Position numbers and translations under genes: made by a program. This document shows, one piece after another, positions 1 to 12,584 of a stretch of DNA of 64,000 nt (the stretch's first letter is position 1; every line of letters starts with the position of its first letter). Source of the DNA: Hemiscyllium ocellatum (Eukaryota); contig NC_083449.1 of NCBI RefSeq assembly GCF_020745735.1, positions 5,926,923 through 5,990,922 of the forward strand. Direction: 5' to 3'. The notes below the pieces were generated by a model. It made no database searches. It was not told the origin of the DNA and worked only from the letters and a program-made list of their open reading frames with translations.

Positions 1-944
1 CATTTTATGGTCAAAGCTTGCCCTGCTAGCTAAGAAGGCATTTTGTAAAACAATGATATCTGACATGCGAGGTGTGCAAGGTTACCTTATGATCTCTTAC
101 ACTTAGTTTAGACTGGTACCTCTTTATGATAGGGACTTACCTCACCAACAGGCACCTGACTGGGCTGGATCTGTTTTTCCCACCTGATGGATGGCTAAGG
201 GCCTACAGGAGTGATCAGTTAAGCGCACACAGACCTGTTAATTAACTTCTCTTCCTAACAAATTATTGCCTTTCCACTGATTGCATGTTCTTAATTATAC
301 AGTGTTTTTTGTAAAGCTTTGTAAACACTTTGTGACAGAAGATTGGAGTCGCCTGTGAGGGCTCTTAAAGGAAGAGCCGGTATCCTACTCTTCCATGGTT
401 TTAGAACCTTAGCTAGCCCAGCACTTAGGTGTCAATGTTATGTTGTAACAGTGATGCTATTGGTAAATAAAGGGGAAGGCTAAAATTAAACTAAACTGTT
501 TGTAAGAGGTTTTCATTCCAGACTACCAAAGAGTATGATCTCCAGGACGACCCAAGAAAGGCTTATAGGAATGAGTCCACAAGGGATTGTACTTGAACAA
601 TATGAATAGGAAGGGTTGAGAGAGATGGGCTAAGTGCTGCCAAATGGGACTAGATCAGATTAGGATATTTGTTCTGTATGGACCAGTTGGACTGAAGGGT
701 CTGTTTCCACACTATACGTCTCTACGACACTTCAGTAACTCTTACCCTGTCAGTGAGCACAGTTTCCCTCCATCTCTGTACTTAACCCCTACCTCAATGT
801 GGCCTATTTGTCTATCTTCATTGTAACTTTGAAACTGCCCTTAATAATTGCAAATTTTAATGCAGTTCCTGAATGTCTGTTTTGGATGATGATTCAGTTT
901 ATCTATCTTCAACACTGGTGTGTAAATGTCAATGGGCTACATAC

Positions 945-1026
945 CTTCCATTTGTTAGAGGCAGCTAGTCACTCTGTGCTTTGAACTGAGGAAGTATTAC
1001 AGTGTCTTAGTCCCTCAGGTGTTTTT
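945..1026 (-). other. 82-nt repeated exon, copy 1
   Basis: Acceptor tgtgtcttcctccag, donor AAG|gtatgt; two stops in the frame that is open in the other copies. Confidence 0.55.
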
Positions 1027-1599
1027 CTGGAGGAAGACACAGGGACACCATCTACAAATCAACATGCGGCTAGTCTGGCAGTATTGGACTGATCAATGTC
1101 ACATTCATTGCATCTTCATTAGGATGTGTGTTTTTTTTCTTTTAAGCGAACAACTTAACCAGAACCACGGATCTGATCCCATTGTTACCCTGAGCTGCTC
1201 CTTGTCTGGGGATTGTGTTTGTTTTTCATGTGCTTTGTCCACCCCACTCCAGCACCAGCATCTCCAAATCAATTGGTATCAATGATAAAAATCACACACC
1301 AGGTGCTTCCAAAAAAATCTGTTGGACATACCGCGTACTCTGTGATTTTTAACTTGATATCAATTGAGTGAGAGCCAGCAACTGAGCAACAACTGCCCAG
1401 CACCGTGAATGGAAGTACTCAACCATCAGGATGCTTACACAGTTCAACATCCAACTCCCCAACTACCTGTTGGAAATCAGAAAAACGGCGCTGTTTTTAC
1501 CAAGACCCCTTTTACAAGAGTATCACATTCCTACAGCTGGTCCATACAACCTCAAGAAAGAGCGGGAAACAGATTGAAATTAAAACCGGGTTCAGAGGA

Positions 1600-1806
1600 T
1601 TGTAAACCCCAAGAATGTCCCACAGCAGCTTCTTCCCGCTCTGCCTCCCTCAGCAGGCCCACACAGCCCGAGAAAGGCCTTTCTCTTCCCCCCAGCCCGC
1701 TCACTCCAAGTTCCGGGACCACTTCCTGCTCCAATCGGCTTCTTACAAAGGGGAACTCACCTCGAATCAATCCCGGTCTCGGAGAACCCACTGTGTCCCA
1801 GGCTCA
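1600..1806 (-). repeat. First-exon module, partial copy, divergent from the H4 promoter
   Basis: Homologous to 31920-32297 and 50800-51180; donor G|GTGAGT at 1761/1760. Confidence 0.6.
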
Positions 1807-1929
1807 CAGCCACCTTTTGTGAGAAAAGGTTCAGTCCCAGATACAGTTGGGGCTGGAGTGAGCTGGAGGCGGAGCTAGATGTCTGTCACTCAGTTTCCTC
1901 TCCGGACCCGCCTCTCACTCTCTGTCAGC

Positions 1930-1964
1930 TCGTTCTCAGCCAGGTCGGGCCGGGCTGTATAAAA
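1930..1964 (+). promoter_or_regulatory. H4 core promoter
   Basis: TATAAAA at 1958-1964, preceded by GTTCTCAGCCAGGTCG, which resembles the H4 subtype element (TCA-N4-GGTCC). Confidence 0.7.
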
Positions 1965-2011
1965 AAGGAAAGGGAGGCAGCTCGGCTCTTATTCAGCAGC
2001 GACTGGAGTGA

Positions 2012-2332
<321 letters not shown>

Positions 2333-2364
2333 ACATAAAGCGATCCTTTTCCAACGAACCCAAA

Positions 2365-2406
2365 GGCTCTTATCAGAGCCACCCAAACCCTCCCGATAGA
2401 GAGCGG
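2365..2406 (+). terminator. H4 3' stem-loop and histone downstream element
   Basis: GGCTCT-TATC-AGAGCC (2365-2380) followed by ACCCA; AGAGAGCGG at 2398-2406. Confidence 0.95.
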
Positions 2407-3440
2407 AGACCTGAGGTCGTGGAAGGCAACGCATACGGAGAACCTAGTGTATTGTTGCTGGTTATTTCACATATGTCGTCATTTTAAAATTATTTCCAGT
2501 CCTAAAATGTACTAATAACGTGTTCTGCGGTACGGCAGAAAGCATTCAGAGTGGACGGTTCACTTTGTTGCTGTTTACTGTAGCCAATGATTTTATAATT
2601 GTAAGTATTCCTCCCGTGTAGATAAGAGGGTATTCGGCTAATTATTCAATGTCAAGAATCGCATCGTGACTTGTAACTGTAAGATGTAGTAGCAGCATTA
2701 GGCCATTCTGCCCATCCAGGTTGTTCTGCTATTCAATCATGGCTGATAATTCTCAATCTTACTCTTATGCCTGCTTCCCGTAACCTTTATTTCTCTTTCT
2801 CGTGAATACATGTCTATCTCAATAATAATATCAATGTGCACTTGGCTATCCACGCCATGAATAGTTTTTATTTATTGTGAAATGCTAATGTTACATTTTG
2901 CAGTATTCATATTGCCGAGGCATATTATTCGGCTCCGTTTTGTTTCTGGGAGCCTGCGGATATCTTAATGGCGCGTTCTTTCCATCTGCGCGTTCAGGCA
3001 GTGATTACAAATTGTCTTCGGGCAACTAATACCCTGGATGAAATGAAAATGTATTGATAGTGTTCAGTTAAAAATCACAACAGCAGGTTATAGTCCAACA
3101 GGTTTAATTGGAAGCACAAAGGTTTTCGGAGCGACGCTCCTTCATCGTAACAATTTATAGCAAAAATTAAGTGATTTTTTTTCCCCAATGTATATTTTCA
3201 GTTGATTATTCTAACAGTCAATTAGTATTTCTACCGGAAGTTAGTTTAAAAACAAAAACGGCAATAAATTTGCAACTAATGAGATCTTCAGTCAAGGAAC
3301 GCGGAATTTAATTTTAGAAACATAGTAATAAAAAAGTGACCTCAACATTAAGCTTCGGTATAGGGTTAGATATTTGTGGGGAAAAAAATCTCCTCATTGA
3401 CTCCCTTTCCGTCAACATGGCAGGCGAGAAAGGGAAAAAA

Positions 3441-3488
3441 TGGCGCCAAGAGTTCAACGGCTTATTTTCAAATTTGAAAATGCCCACC
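3441..3488 (+). promoter_or_regulatory. Repeated E2F/MYB/CHR-like composite motif, copy A
   Basis: TGGCGCCAAGAGTTCAACGGCTTATTTTCAAATTTGAAAATGCCCACC; alignable to copies at 4885, 34460 and 42744. Confidence 0.55.
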
Positions 3489-4226
3489 AACACGTATAAA
3501 AGGGCACCAAGTTTTACAGAAGAGAATATATGAGCACGTACACGTTGACTGCTTTTTCGATTACGAAATTAAAGTTCAGACAATTTCACTTTACCCCATT
3601 CCCGTCTTTACAGCTGAAAAGTGCCTCACTGGTGATCAATCTGCTCTCTCTCTCTCTCGCTGTCTCCCCAAAGGCAGGGGATAAAAGACTGCACATGAAC
3701 CGAGCAGACAATAAAGCGCAGAGGGTCAGGAACCGTTCCCTTACTGTATCCTGAAGCAACTGACCCGTTACTGCACCGCGTCAACTCAGCTCTTCCTACT
3801 GCACTTAAAAGGAAATGCGAATCTAATGTGAGGTCAAACCCGATTGGGGACGTTCGTGCCGCCATTCTATAACTGATAGGACACTACGTGAAGACAGAGA
3901 TCACTCAGGCAGTGACCGTTCAATAAGAAATCCTGTAGTCTAGGATACACTTACAATCGCATTTTGTGATAAATACTTTCTCTGCTTATACAGTCTGATG
4001 AAGGGATTTTGCCCGAAACGTCGATTTTCCTGCTCCTCGGACGCTGCCTGAACTGCTGTGCTTTTCCAGCACCACACATCTAGAGTCTGGTTTCCAACAT
4101 CTGTTGTCCTTGTTTTTTCCCCATAAAAAACAACATCCAATTAAATGTAGCGTGGAATTTATCGACGTCCAGTACAAAAGCGAGCACTCTCCACATTAAA
4201 AGGAAAATAATCAATCCGACAAAGTT

Positions 4227-4268
4227 CAGCTCCTTTTATCGATGCAGTGAGTGGCTCTTAAAAGAGCC
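4227..4268 (-). terminator. H2A 3' stem-loop and HDE
   Basis: Minus strand GGCTCT-TTTA-AGAGCC (4268-4253), ACTCA, then AAAAGGAGCTG. Confidence 0.95.
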
Positions 4269-4298
4269 TTTGGTTTGTCAGATTCAAGAACGGTCTCT

Positions 4299-4849
<551 letters not shown>

Positions 4850-4884
4850 CCGGAGAGGGCCTGGGGAGGAGGGCGGAAAGTACC

Positions 4885-4931
4885 GGCGCCAAATCATCAA
4901 CCGCTTTTTTTTCCAATTTGAAGAGCCCGCC
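4885..4931 (+). promoter_or_regulatory. Composite motif copy B (upstream of H2A)
   Basis: GGCGCCAAATCATCAACCGCTTTTTTTTCCAATTTGAAGAGCCCGCC. Confidence 0.6.
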
Positions 4932-5528
4932 ACTTTCCAAACAAAGGCGTATGTTTTATATGAAAAATGAAGTACAAAAAAAAGTGAAGAAGTTTAAAAA
5001 ACATTAATATAATTCAGTTTACAAGTGTATACTTCACACTGTCATACTCTCCCTCAATTGCCGTTCTGATTTTGAAAATGGAATATTTTCTAAACCTTGA
5101 GAAGAAGCTGAAATAAAACAGGCCAAACACTGCAGTCTGTAACCGGTCTTTTCACTTCACATTTCTTTAGCACACCAACATGCTGAGAAAGCGGCACACA
5201 TCGTTCTTCCGGTTCAGGATCAATGAAGAACACGGTCTTTTAGATCTTTTAAAGATGTCCTCCCTTGTCGCTATCGATCAGATTCAGCAAAAGCTCCACA
5301 TTTCAGTCCGGTAGCAGTGTTCTCTCGGTTGACTTTGAAAGTCTCTCCGACAACAGGAAGTGGAACTGAAGACGTGGGCACATTTTGTCTTCCACGGGTG
5401 AATATACAAGATGAAAAATGACTCACTGGCGCTAAATCCGCTTTCTTCACCCCAACCCCTATTAATTCGCACTGAAATTAAAAAATACCTCGTCAAGAAT
5501 CATATGCAAATAAAACAAGAATTGGGTT

Positions 5529-5569
5529 CAGCTGTCTTAGGGAAGTTGTGGGTGGCTCTTATAAGAGCC
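5529..5569 (-). terminator. H2B 3' stem-loop and HDE
   Basis: Minus strand GGCTCT-TATA-AGAGCC (5569-5554), ACCCA, then AAGACAGCTG. Confidence 0.9.
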
Positions 5570-5612
5570 TTTAGGTTGTGGATGGGTGTTTGTTTCAGTG
5601 CAGTGCGGTCCT

Positions 5613-6369
5613 TCACTTGGAGCTGGTGTACTTGGTCACCGCCTTTGTGCCCTCCGACACGGCGTGCTTGGCCAGCTCCCCGGGCAGCAGCAGCCGCACG
5701 GCGGTCTGGATCTCCCGGGAGCTGATGGTGCTGCGCTTGTTGTAATGGGCCAGGCGGGAAGCCTCCCCCGCGATGCGCTCGAAAATATCGCTGACGAACA
5801 AGTTCGTGATGCTCATGGCCTTGGACAAGATGCCGGTGTGAACCTGCTTCATCACTTTGTAGATGTAGAAACTTTCTCTGCTGGACTGCCACCTCTTCTT
5901 GCCGCACTTCGCTGGTGCCTTCTTGATAATTTTCGTCGCGCCCTTCTTGGAGGCTTGCTGTGCTTTCTTCTCATTTTTTTTAATTTCAAAAGTATACTTT
6001 ATTCATAAAATAATGTGATGGTCTGTACAGTTCGTCATGCCATACATACGTAAACATTTACACAGAGATCAGAGTTTATCATTTTTTATATACAGGTCTA
6101 TACATTTATCAATCATATGTCCATATATTTAGCTGAGGCGTCAGCAGAGCCCAAATGAATGCATGGGGCCCCCTGTTCTTCTTAGGCAGGCAGATGTTAC
6201 ACTGTGGTCTTTCCTCACCGACAGCTGCCCCAAGCTTCAGCGCATCCCTTCTGCAAAACTCAGACGCGGTCAACTCCTTCAGCTGGAAGATCAACAGGTT
6301 TCGGACCGCCCAGAGAGCGTCCTTCACCGAGTTGTAGATCCTCCAGGCACAGTTCTTCTCACCACCCAT
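5613..6369 (-). pseudogene. H2B: Histone H2B pseudogene interrupted by a LINE insertion at codon 6
   Basis: ATG GGT GGT GAG AAG AA at 6369-6353; H2B resumes at 5973 ([72 protein letters not shown]...KYTSSK). Two in-frame 6-nt deletions (SI of YSIY, PD of HPDT) and several missense changes at conserved H2B residues. Confidence 0.93.
5974..6352 (-). mobile_element. 5'-truncated Tx1/L1-clade non-LTR retrotransposon inserted in H2B
   Basis: 9-bp TSD TGAGAAGAA (+ strand TTCTTCTCA at 5965-5973 and 6353-6361); A8 tail at 5981-5974; AATAAA at 6003-5998; encodes NCAWRIYNSVKDALWAVRNLLIFQLKELT..RDALKLGAA, which I recognise from memory as a Tx1-like ORF2 C-terminus. Confidence 0.85.
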
Positions 6370-6422
6370 GGAGCTACTCACTTTCAGAAACAGAATAAGG
6401 GAAAATGGGCTCGGTCCGCCCC

Positions 6423-6529
6423 TTTTATAGACGGTGTCATCAATGCTAATGAGGGAGGGAGGAAAGCTGGGTTCCTGATTGGGTAGTTCACCATGACGAT
6501 TTTCCCAAAATCTCAGTCTCTCTGATTGG
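6423..6529 (-). promoter_or_regulatory. H2B promoter (TATA, octamer-like H2B box, two CCAAT boxes)
   Basis: TATAAAA 6429-6423; CTCATTAGCAT (octamer variant) 6453-6443; CCAAT at 6482-6478 and 6529-6525. Confidence 0.8.
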
Positions 6530-8589
6530 TTACTGTGATTTGCAATGTGGATCTGTCAGAACCTGCAACGAAATGTGAAGTGGATGGTGATTCTGTTCCT
6601 GTCAGTCTGACTGAGGGAGATTTATTTTGTCCCTGTCACATAGAAAGCGACTGTGGTATTGGCTCTGTTTCCTTTTGCTCGTTGTTGTGATGATGTGAGT
6701 GGAAGGGTGTGTTTCTAGCTCCGCTTGTCTCTTTCTATTCCTCTGTATGGAATTAACACAGAACTTGTCACTGTGAAAAAAAACTCATCCGTTTGAAATT
6801 GCACAAGTGGAACCTGACCGGGAGTGTTTTCTACACTTGGACTTGATGCAACTCGTTCTCAATTGCACGGAGTTGAAGATAAATGAAAAGAAAACGTTTC
6901 CATGTAATACTTCTCTTGAGTCACGAGTTGAGTGACGTCTTGACTGTGGGATGAATATATTTCTGAGAACTTGATTGATAACTGTGGGCCCAGAGACCTA
7001 TCGATAACTGTGTGCTTTATAAGTACCTGCAGTGTAACTGAACCACGTTGCTGCACTTCTCATTTAGGCGTCTTGCTGATTCATGTAGGGATTTATAGCA
7101 TTTCTCAGTCTTATGCGAATACCTGTTAACCAGCAACTGTTAGCATGCTATATATGTGTCACTTTAACTTTGTATCTGTCGTGTCCTCATTTACACATTT
7201 GGCATTAACTCAACATCTGTCCACTGAGGCTCTGTTCCTCTGTGTAACAGTCAATTAGTGTTACTTCAAGACAGGTTTTATTTTGTAACCATCAAACACT
7301 GATGTAGAAATATTCCTCCAACCTGTGCCCCTAGGAGAAAGTGAGGATTGCAGTTGCTGGGGAGCGGAGGATTTATGCCCAAAACATCGAGATGAAAGGC
7401 TCGAAAGTTCAATTCTCTTGCTCCTCAGATGCCGCCTAACCCGCTGTGCTTTTACAGCACCACACTCTCGACACCAGTCTGTGCCCGTCTGTTTCTGTAA
7501 TGTATTTTTGTAAACTCTATTCCACTGTCTTTACATGTCAGTATGTTACTGGACTGTAATTCAAACCTTCTTAAGTCTAAAGTGTTGTTTTACTCCGTAG
7601 GTGTCATCCATCGACTTTGGACAGACTCAGGTAGGACTCATTACCCTCCACTCCCATACCCTATGAAAATCAACTTCTGCAAATTGAAGTTCGGTTTGTA
7701 ATTATAACTCCAGCATTTCGATAAGGAATAATTCTTTGTGCTTTGTTACTGACAATATCTGCAATGTCACTGCTGATGTTACATTGTTTGTGCCAGTTTC
7801 TAGCTAATCAAGTTATATTATATCCTAACAATTTATTACTTTGCAAGTGACTCAGTATTTCATACTGTAACTGCCAGTTTGTTGTTTCTAATCCTGTGTT
7901 TACTCAGTTTCAGTCAATCACAGGCACATCAGAGAGCAAATATCTCAACATCTCTAAGTTTCTGATGAAATGGACGGCTAATCTTTCTTCACTCCATCCC
8001 TGGTACGTCCCTGTAACTTATAACTGAATCGATCAGTGTGTAATCTATGAGCACACACATATCAGTAAGTTAAAGATAAAGTGTATGGTGAATGATGCCT
8101 CCCATTCCTCTCTTGCAGATACAGTGTATATGCTGTAGTTAATAATTTCTTTCAGGCTTGTGTCACTTTAAATATCTCAGAGCAGAAGACCATAAGAAGC
8201 ATGAGAAGTCTGGCATTTTTATCTGCCTGTGTACTCCGTCAGGAGAACAGATCACAAAGGCTTTAGTTATGATCTTCATCTCATTTTGATGTTTAGCACC
8301 CATAACCAAACACTCCCTTACGTATCAAAAAGATATATGGCTGCATTCGCCTAAATTATGCCGATAAACCAATCCTAACTGCTCTCTGTGGAACAGAACA
8401 AAGGGAGAATGTTCTACATTTCTTTGAGACAAAAAGCTTCCTGCTCAAAACTGTGTCCCTTACTCTGGATTCTCTCATAAGCAGTGACAATCTCCCAGCA
8501 TCAACTCTGTCAACTCCCTTCAGATCCTTTTCTTTTGCCAATTGTTCTTCAACTCTCCAGTGAGAATATGCCCAACTATTTTATACTTA

Positions 8590-9600
8590 CAATGAGAGCC
8601 TATATATCAATCTACAGCTCTAAGTTTCTGCACTGCGAATATGAGAGTGCAGGGATCACTCTGTCCAAGTAAGATTCTGCTATGTGCATACTTGAGTGAA
8701 GTTATCACCTTAAACCTGTTGGTTTCTACTGTGTGAATTTGTCAGTTTCTGCTCTGAATGTGATAGTTTAATTATCAATCTGTCCACGTCAGTTTCTGCA
8801 TTGTTGAAATGTGAACATAGTTATCAATGTCAACCTGCCATCTTCTGCGAAGTGAACATGTAGGGGTCTGTATTGAAATATACTTGTTGCTTTGTGAGAC
8901 GAATGCATCAGTGTAATTATCAAACTTTCCCTGTCAGTTTATGCTATATGAATGTGTTGATGTAGTTATACATCTGTACTGATGAAGGGGCCTTTAACCA
9001 AAGTATTGATTCTTCTGCTCCTCTGATGCTTCTAGACCTGCTGTGCTTTTCCAGCACCACATTCTCTACTCTAATTTCCAGCATCTGCACTCCTCACTTT
9101 TGCCCACCCATTTGTACCTGTCAGTTTCTGATCTGTGAATATGGAAGTGTAGTTATTGATCTGTCCATCAGTTTCTCCAATTTGAATATGACAACCTACT
9201 TACCTATCTCTCCCTGTCAGTTTCTGTGATGTGAAGATGGCAGTCCAATTATCTATCTGCCCTAGTCAGATTCTGCTGTGTGAATATGAGAGTGTCATTA
9301 TCAGTTTCTGAAAGCTTTTGAAACGTCAATGTGATTTTAGTTATCAATCTGCCTAATTGGGTTCTAGGTGAATGTAAGAATGTAGTTATTATATACCTGT
9401 GAGATTCTGCTCTGGGAATATGTGAGTGTATTATCAAAATGTACTTGTGAGTTTCTGCAATGTGAATGTGTTTCTGCAATCATCAGTCTATCCCTGACAG
9501 CTTCAACTACATGAATGGATGAGTGCATCTGCACCTGAAAATATCTGTACCTGTCAGTTTGTGTTCTGTGAATAAGTGAGTGTACTTATATATTTGTCTC
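8590..9600 (+). repeat. Degenerate 47-49-bp minisatellite array
   Basis: Consensus approx TTATCAATCTGTACCTGTCAGTTTCTGCTATGTGAATATGTGAGTGTAG. Confidence 0.8.
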
Positions 9601-9699
9601 TGTTAAACATGACACTTGCAGAAACTGCAGGAGGCCTTTTTACTTCAAATCTCAGTTGCTCCACATGAATAAGATTTTATCTATTGCCATCCATGTCAG

Positions 9700-10130
9700 A
9701 GTGGCATGGTGGCACAGTGATGCCAGGGATACAGATTCAATTCCAGCCTTGGTTCATTACCTGTGTGCAGTCTGCATTGGTTTACTCTGGGTGCTCAAGT
9801 TTTTTTGCATGATCCAAACATATGCAGGTTTGCTGGATTAGCCATGGTAAATTGTCCTGTCTTATTCAAGGATGTGCAGTGTCAGTGGGTTAAAACAGGG
9901 TAAAAACAAGGGCTGCAGATGCTGGAAATCAGATTGCCCGAAACATCGATTTTCCTGCTCCTCGGATGCTGCCTGAACTGCTGTGGCTTTTCCAGCACCA
10001 CTCTAGTGTTAGTGGGTTAACTATGGTAAACGTGGATTTATGGGGATAGGGTGAGGTCTACATCTGGCTGGGATCCGCTTTGGTGAGTTGTTGCTGGGGG
10101 ATGGGCCAAATGAACTCTTATCTGCACCAA
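9700..10130 (+). mobile_element. Degenerate HE1-type SINE carrying a pLTR mini-element (9894-10004)
   Basis: Degenerate head and core; 16-bp TSD AGTGT(C/T)AGTGGGTTAA at 9878-9893 and 10005-10020. Confidence 0.6.
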
Positions 10131-12019
10131 GAAATTATATCTACTGTAATTGAAAGTAAGACTTTTTAAATACCATTTTCAGTCTCCGACAGCGTAAAGC
10201 AGTTTGGATAATTTCCACAACTTTTATTCCATGGTACAGGTTATGATTGTAAGTTAAATTCTGAATGTGCATTTTGAACTTATTGTTCACATGTTTATAA
10301 CAAGACCGCTTTGAGAACTTTTGCATTCTGTGGCCAATAATCTCTGGGGATCTGTCTAAATGCGTACCACTTTGGACCACTTGAAAACAAAGTATTCATT
10401 CAGTCATTTTGTATCAGATATGTTCAGTTTTGACTTTGTGGAAACAAATTAAATTGCAATATTTGTTTCAATCTGACACTTGGCCTGCTATCTAATTCCT
10501 CCAAGCTTGGACAAACAGAATTGATACATGAATTACATACAGTCAGAGAGTCAGACAGCAAGTTTAAGTCATGATGAGATAATTGGAAGAATAATTAACC
10601 TGAATACTTATTTACTTCTTTCCCTATTTAAGTGGAATACAGTGTCAGCATGCAATAGGTTCAGTATTTCCAAATAGACAAGTGGAGTTTACTTTTTGAC
10701 CAACGTTATACTATGCATTAAAATTCTATAGGAAGTTCTCTTGTACACTGGGACTGACGTACTTCATTCTTACCTTTCCTGTTTAGTTTAAGGAAACGGT
10801 AGCTCTCCCAAGCATGTGATCCTAGTAGACATGATTTTTCTATTTGTGCCTACGGACCTATTAACCTGACAGTATTTCTGTGTTTTGCAAATTATTCTGT
10901 ACCCACTGTGTGTTGGCATCATCTCACTCTTTGTTGTGTCCACAAACCATCAGTTTCCTTCAAGTCCTTCATTACGTAAATAAGGACAATAACTGATGCA
11001 GTCTGCAACTATTTGTTCTTCTGTGAATGCAGAACTAATCTTGTTTCTTCCATTCACTTGTAAGGTTTGTGTACACAGAAAGTACTCTCTCCCTGTCAGT
11101 CTATGCTATTTAATGGGACTGTGATACGGTTTATTGTCTTTCAAAACTCTGCTCAGATGTGACAGGTGGTCAACAGATTAGAGCCATGTTGTCTAGTGAA
11201 AAACTTGAAACTAAAATTTAATGCTGACTACTTGGGCTGTTGTGTACACGCACTGATTTTATGTATAAAAATGGTTTTTGAATGGAACAGTTGTTATGAT
11301 ACAGGAAGGATGCCCACACTTGATTGATCCTGCTTCAATCTTCCTGCATTGTCTTACTGAGCAGTTTAAATGTTTGCTGTTAAGTGGATAGCCAGTTAGC
11401 AAAGGAGAGAGTTTTCAGTTCATGTTTTCTGAAATGAATGGGAAAGAGCTGAATTTCTTTGACTGTATCTGTAGGATTCACAGACAAGTGAAACCACAGC
11501 ACATTGTCACAGAACGGATCCGTGCTGTTCCTCAGAGTCAAGGAGGTAAAAGCAATGGACCCTTGCACCTCCAATAGTGCAGAGTCTAACTGAGAGTAGT
11601 GATATCAAGGTCTGGCCTTCAGAGAGTCACACAATTATACAGCACAGAAACAGACCCTTTGGTCCAAGTTGTTCATGCTGACCAGAGATCCTAATCTGAC
11701 CTAGTCCCATTTAAGTTAAAAATCTCAACACCAGGTTATAGTACAACAGGTTTACGTGGAAGCACTAGCTTTCAGAGTGATGAAGGAGCAGTACACTGAA
11801 AGCTAGTGCTTCCAAATAAACCTGGGGTATGACAAATTGGTGGTGTGATTCTTAACTTTGTTCACCCCAGTCCAACACTGGCACTTCCACATTATGGTGA
11901 GTCACATTTGCCAGCATTTGGTGCATATCCATCAAAATTGTTCTTGTTCTTGTATACATCCAGGTGCCTATAAAAGGTTTTAATTGTACCCACAACCTCA
12001 ACTTCTTGTCTTGTAGAGC

Positions 12020-12560
12020 CCATAAGAAATTTGTTTTTATTGCATTGTAAGAAAGAAATCTAATTCTTTTTTATTCATTATTTTAACCTATTCATTATAA
12101 AAAGGAATTTCCACATTTTGCTACATTTATCAAACACATATAGATAACCATCTTGTGAAAATTTTGGTTTGTCTTTTTTGCTTAGAATGTTTTCTGCCAT
12201 TTCTGGTACGGGCTGGACAAGAAAATAGAAAGAAGATTGTATTACAGCTTTCCAATGTGAAGACAGAAGGGCTTAAGTATCATCAAGGCAGTAGATGACT
12301 ATTAACAATTGTTAAATGAGAAAATGATTACAAAACGAAATTTGAATCTACAGCGGGTCATTACAGCTTTGATTATCAACTCTTGATAATTGAGAAAAGT
12401 ACATTGGGTCGTTAGTCATTCTCTCTTTTTTCACCAAACAAGACTTTTATTTTTATTCTGAATTGGCGGCAAAACAGCTCAGCGCCAAAGTAATGAGCAT
12501 TAAACAGTTTAGAGCCAAAACGGCGGGGCCAAATGATCGGCGCCAAAGCATACCCGACCC
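12020..12560 (+). mobile_element. Possible Mutator/MULE-like DNA transposon remnant
   Basis: Broken reading FPHFATFIKHI...KYHQGSR*LLTIVK resembles a MULE transposase C-terminus; end has repeated (C)GCCAAA subrepeats. Confidence 0.35.
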
Positions 12561-12584
12561 CACAGAAGGCGTCAGTATAGGCAG

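Noticed and set aside
359-378. GGCTCTT-AAAGG-AAGAGCC resembling a histone stem-loop
   Set aside because: Loop is the wrong size, with no upstream histone ORF and no ACCCA/HDE context.
1-528. Possible 3' half of an LTR (AATAAA ~466, ends CTACCA)
   Set aside because: The 5' end is outside the window, so no TSD or terminal match can be verified.
11475-11545. Isolated plus-strand exon candidate
   Set aside because: Weak donor (gtaaaa), with no paralogue or recognisable peptide to support it.
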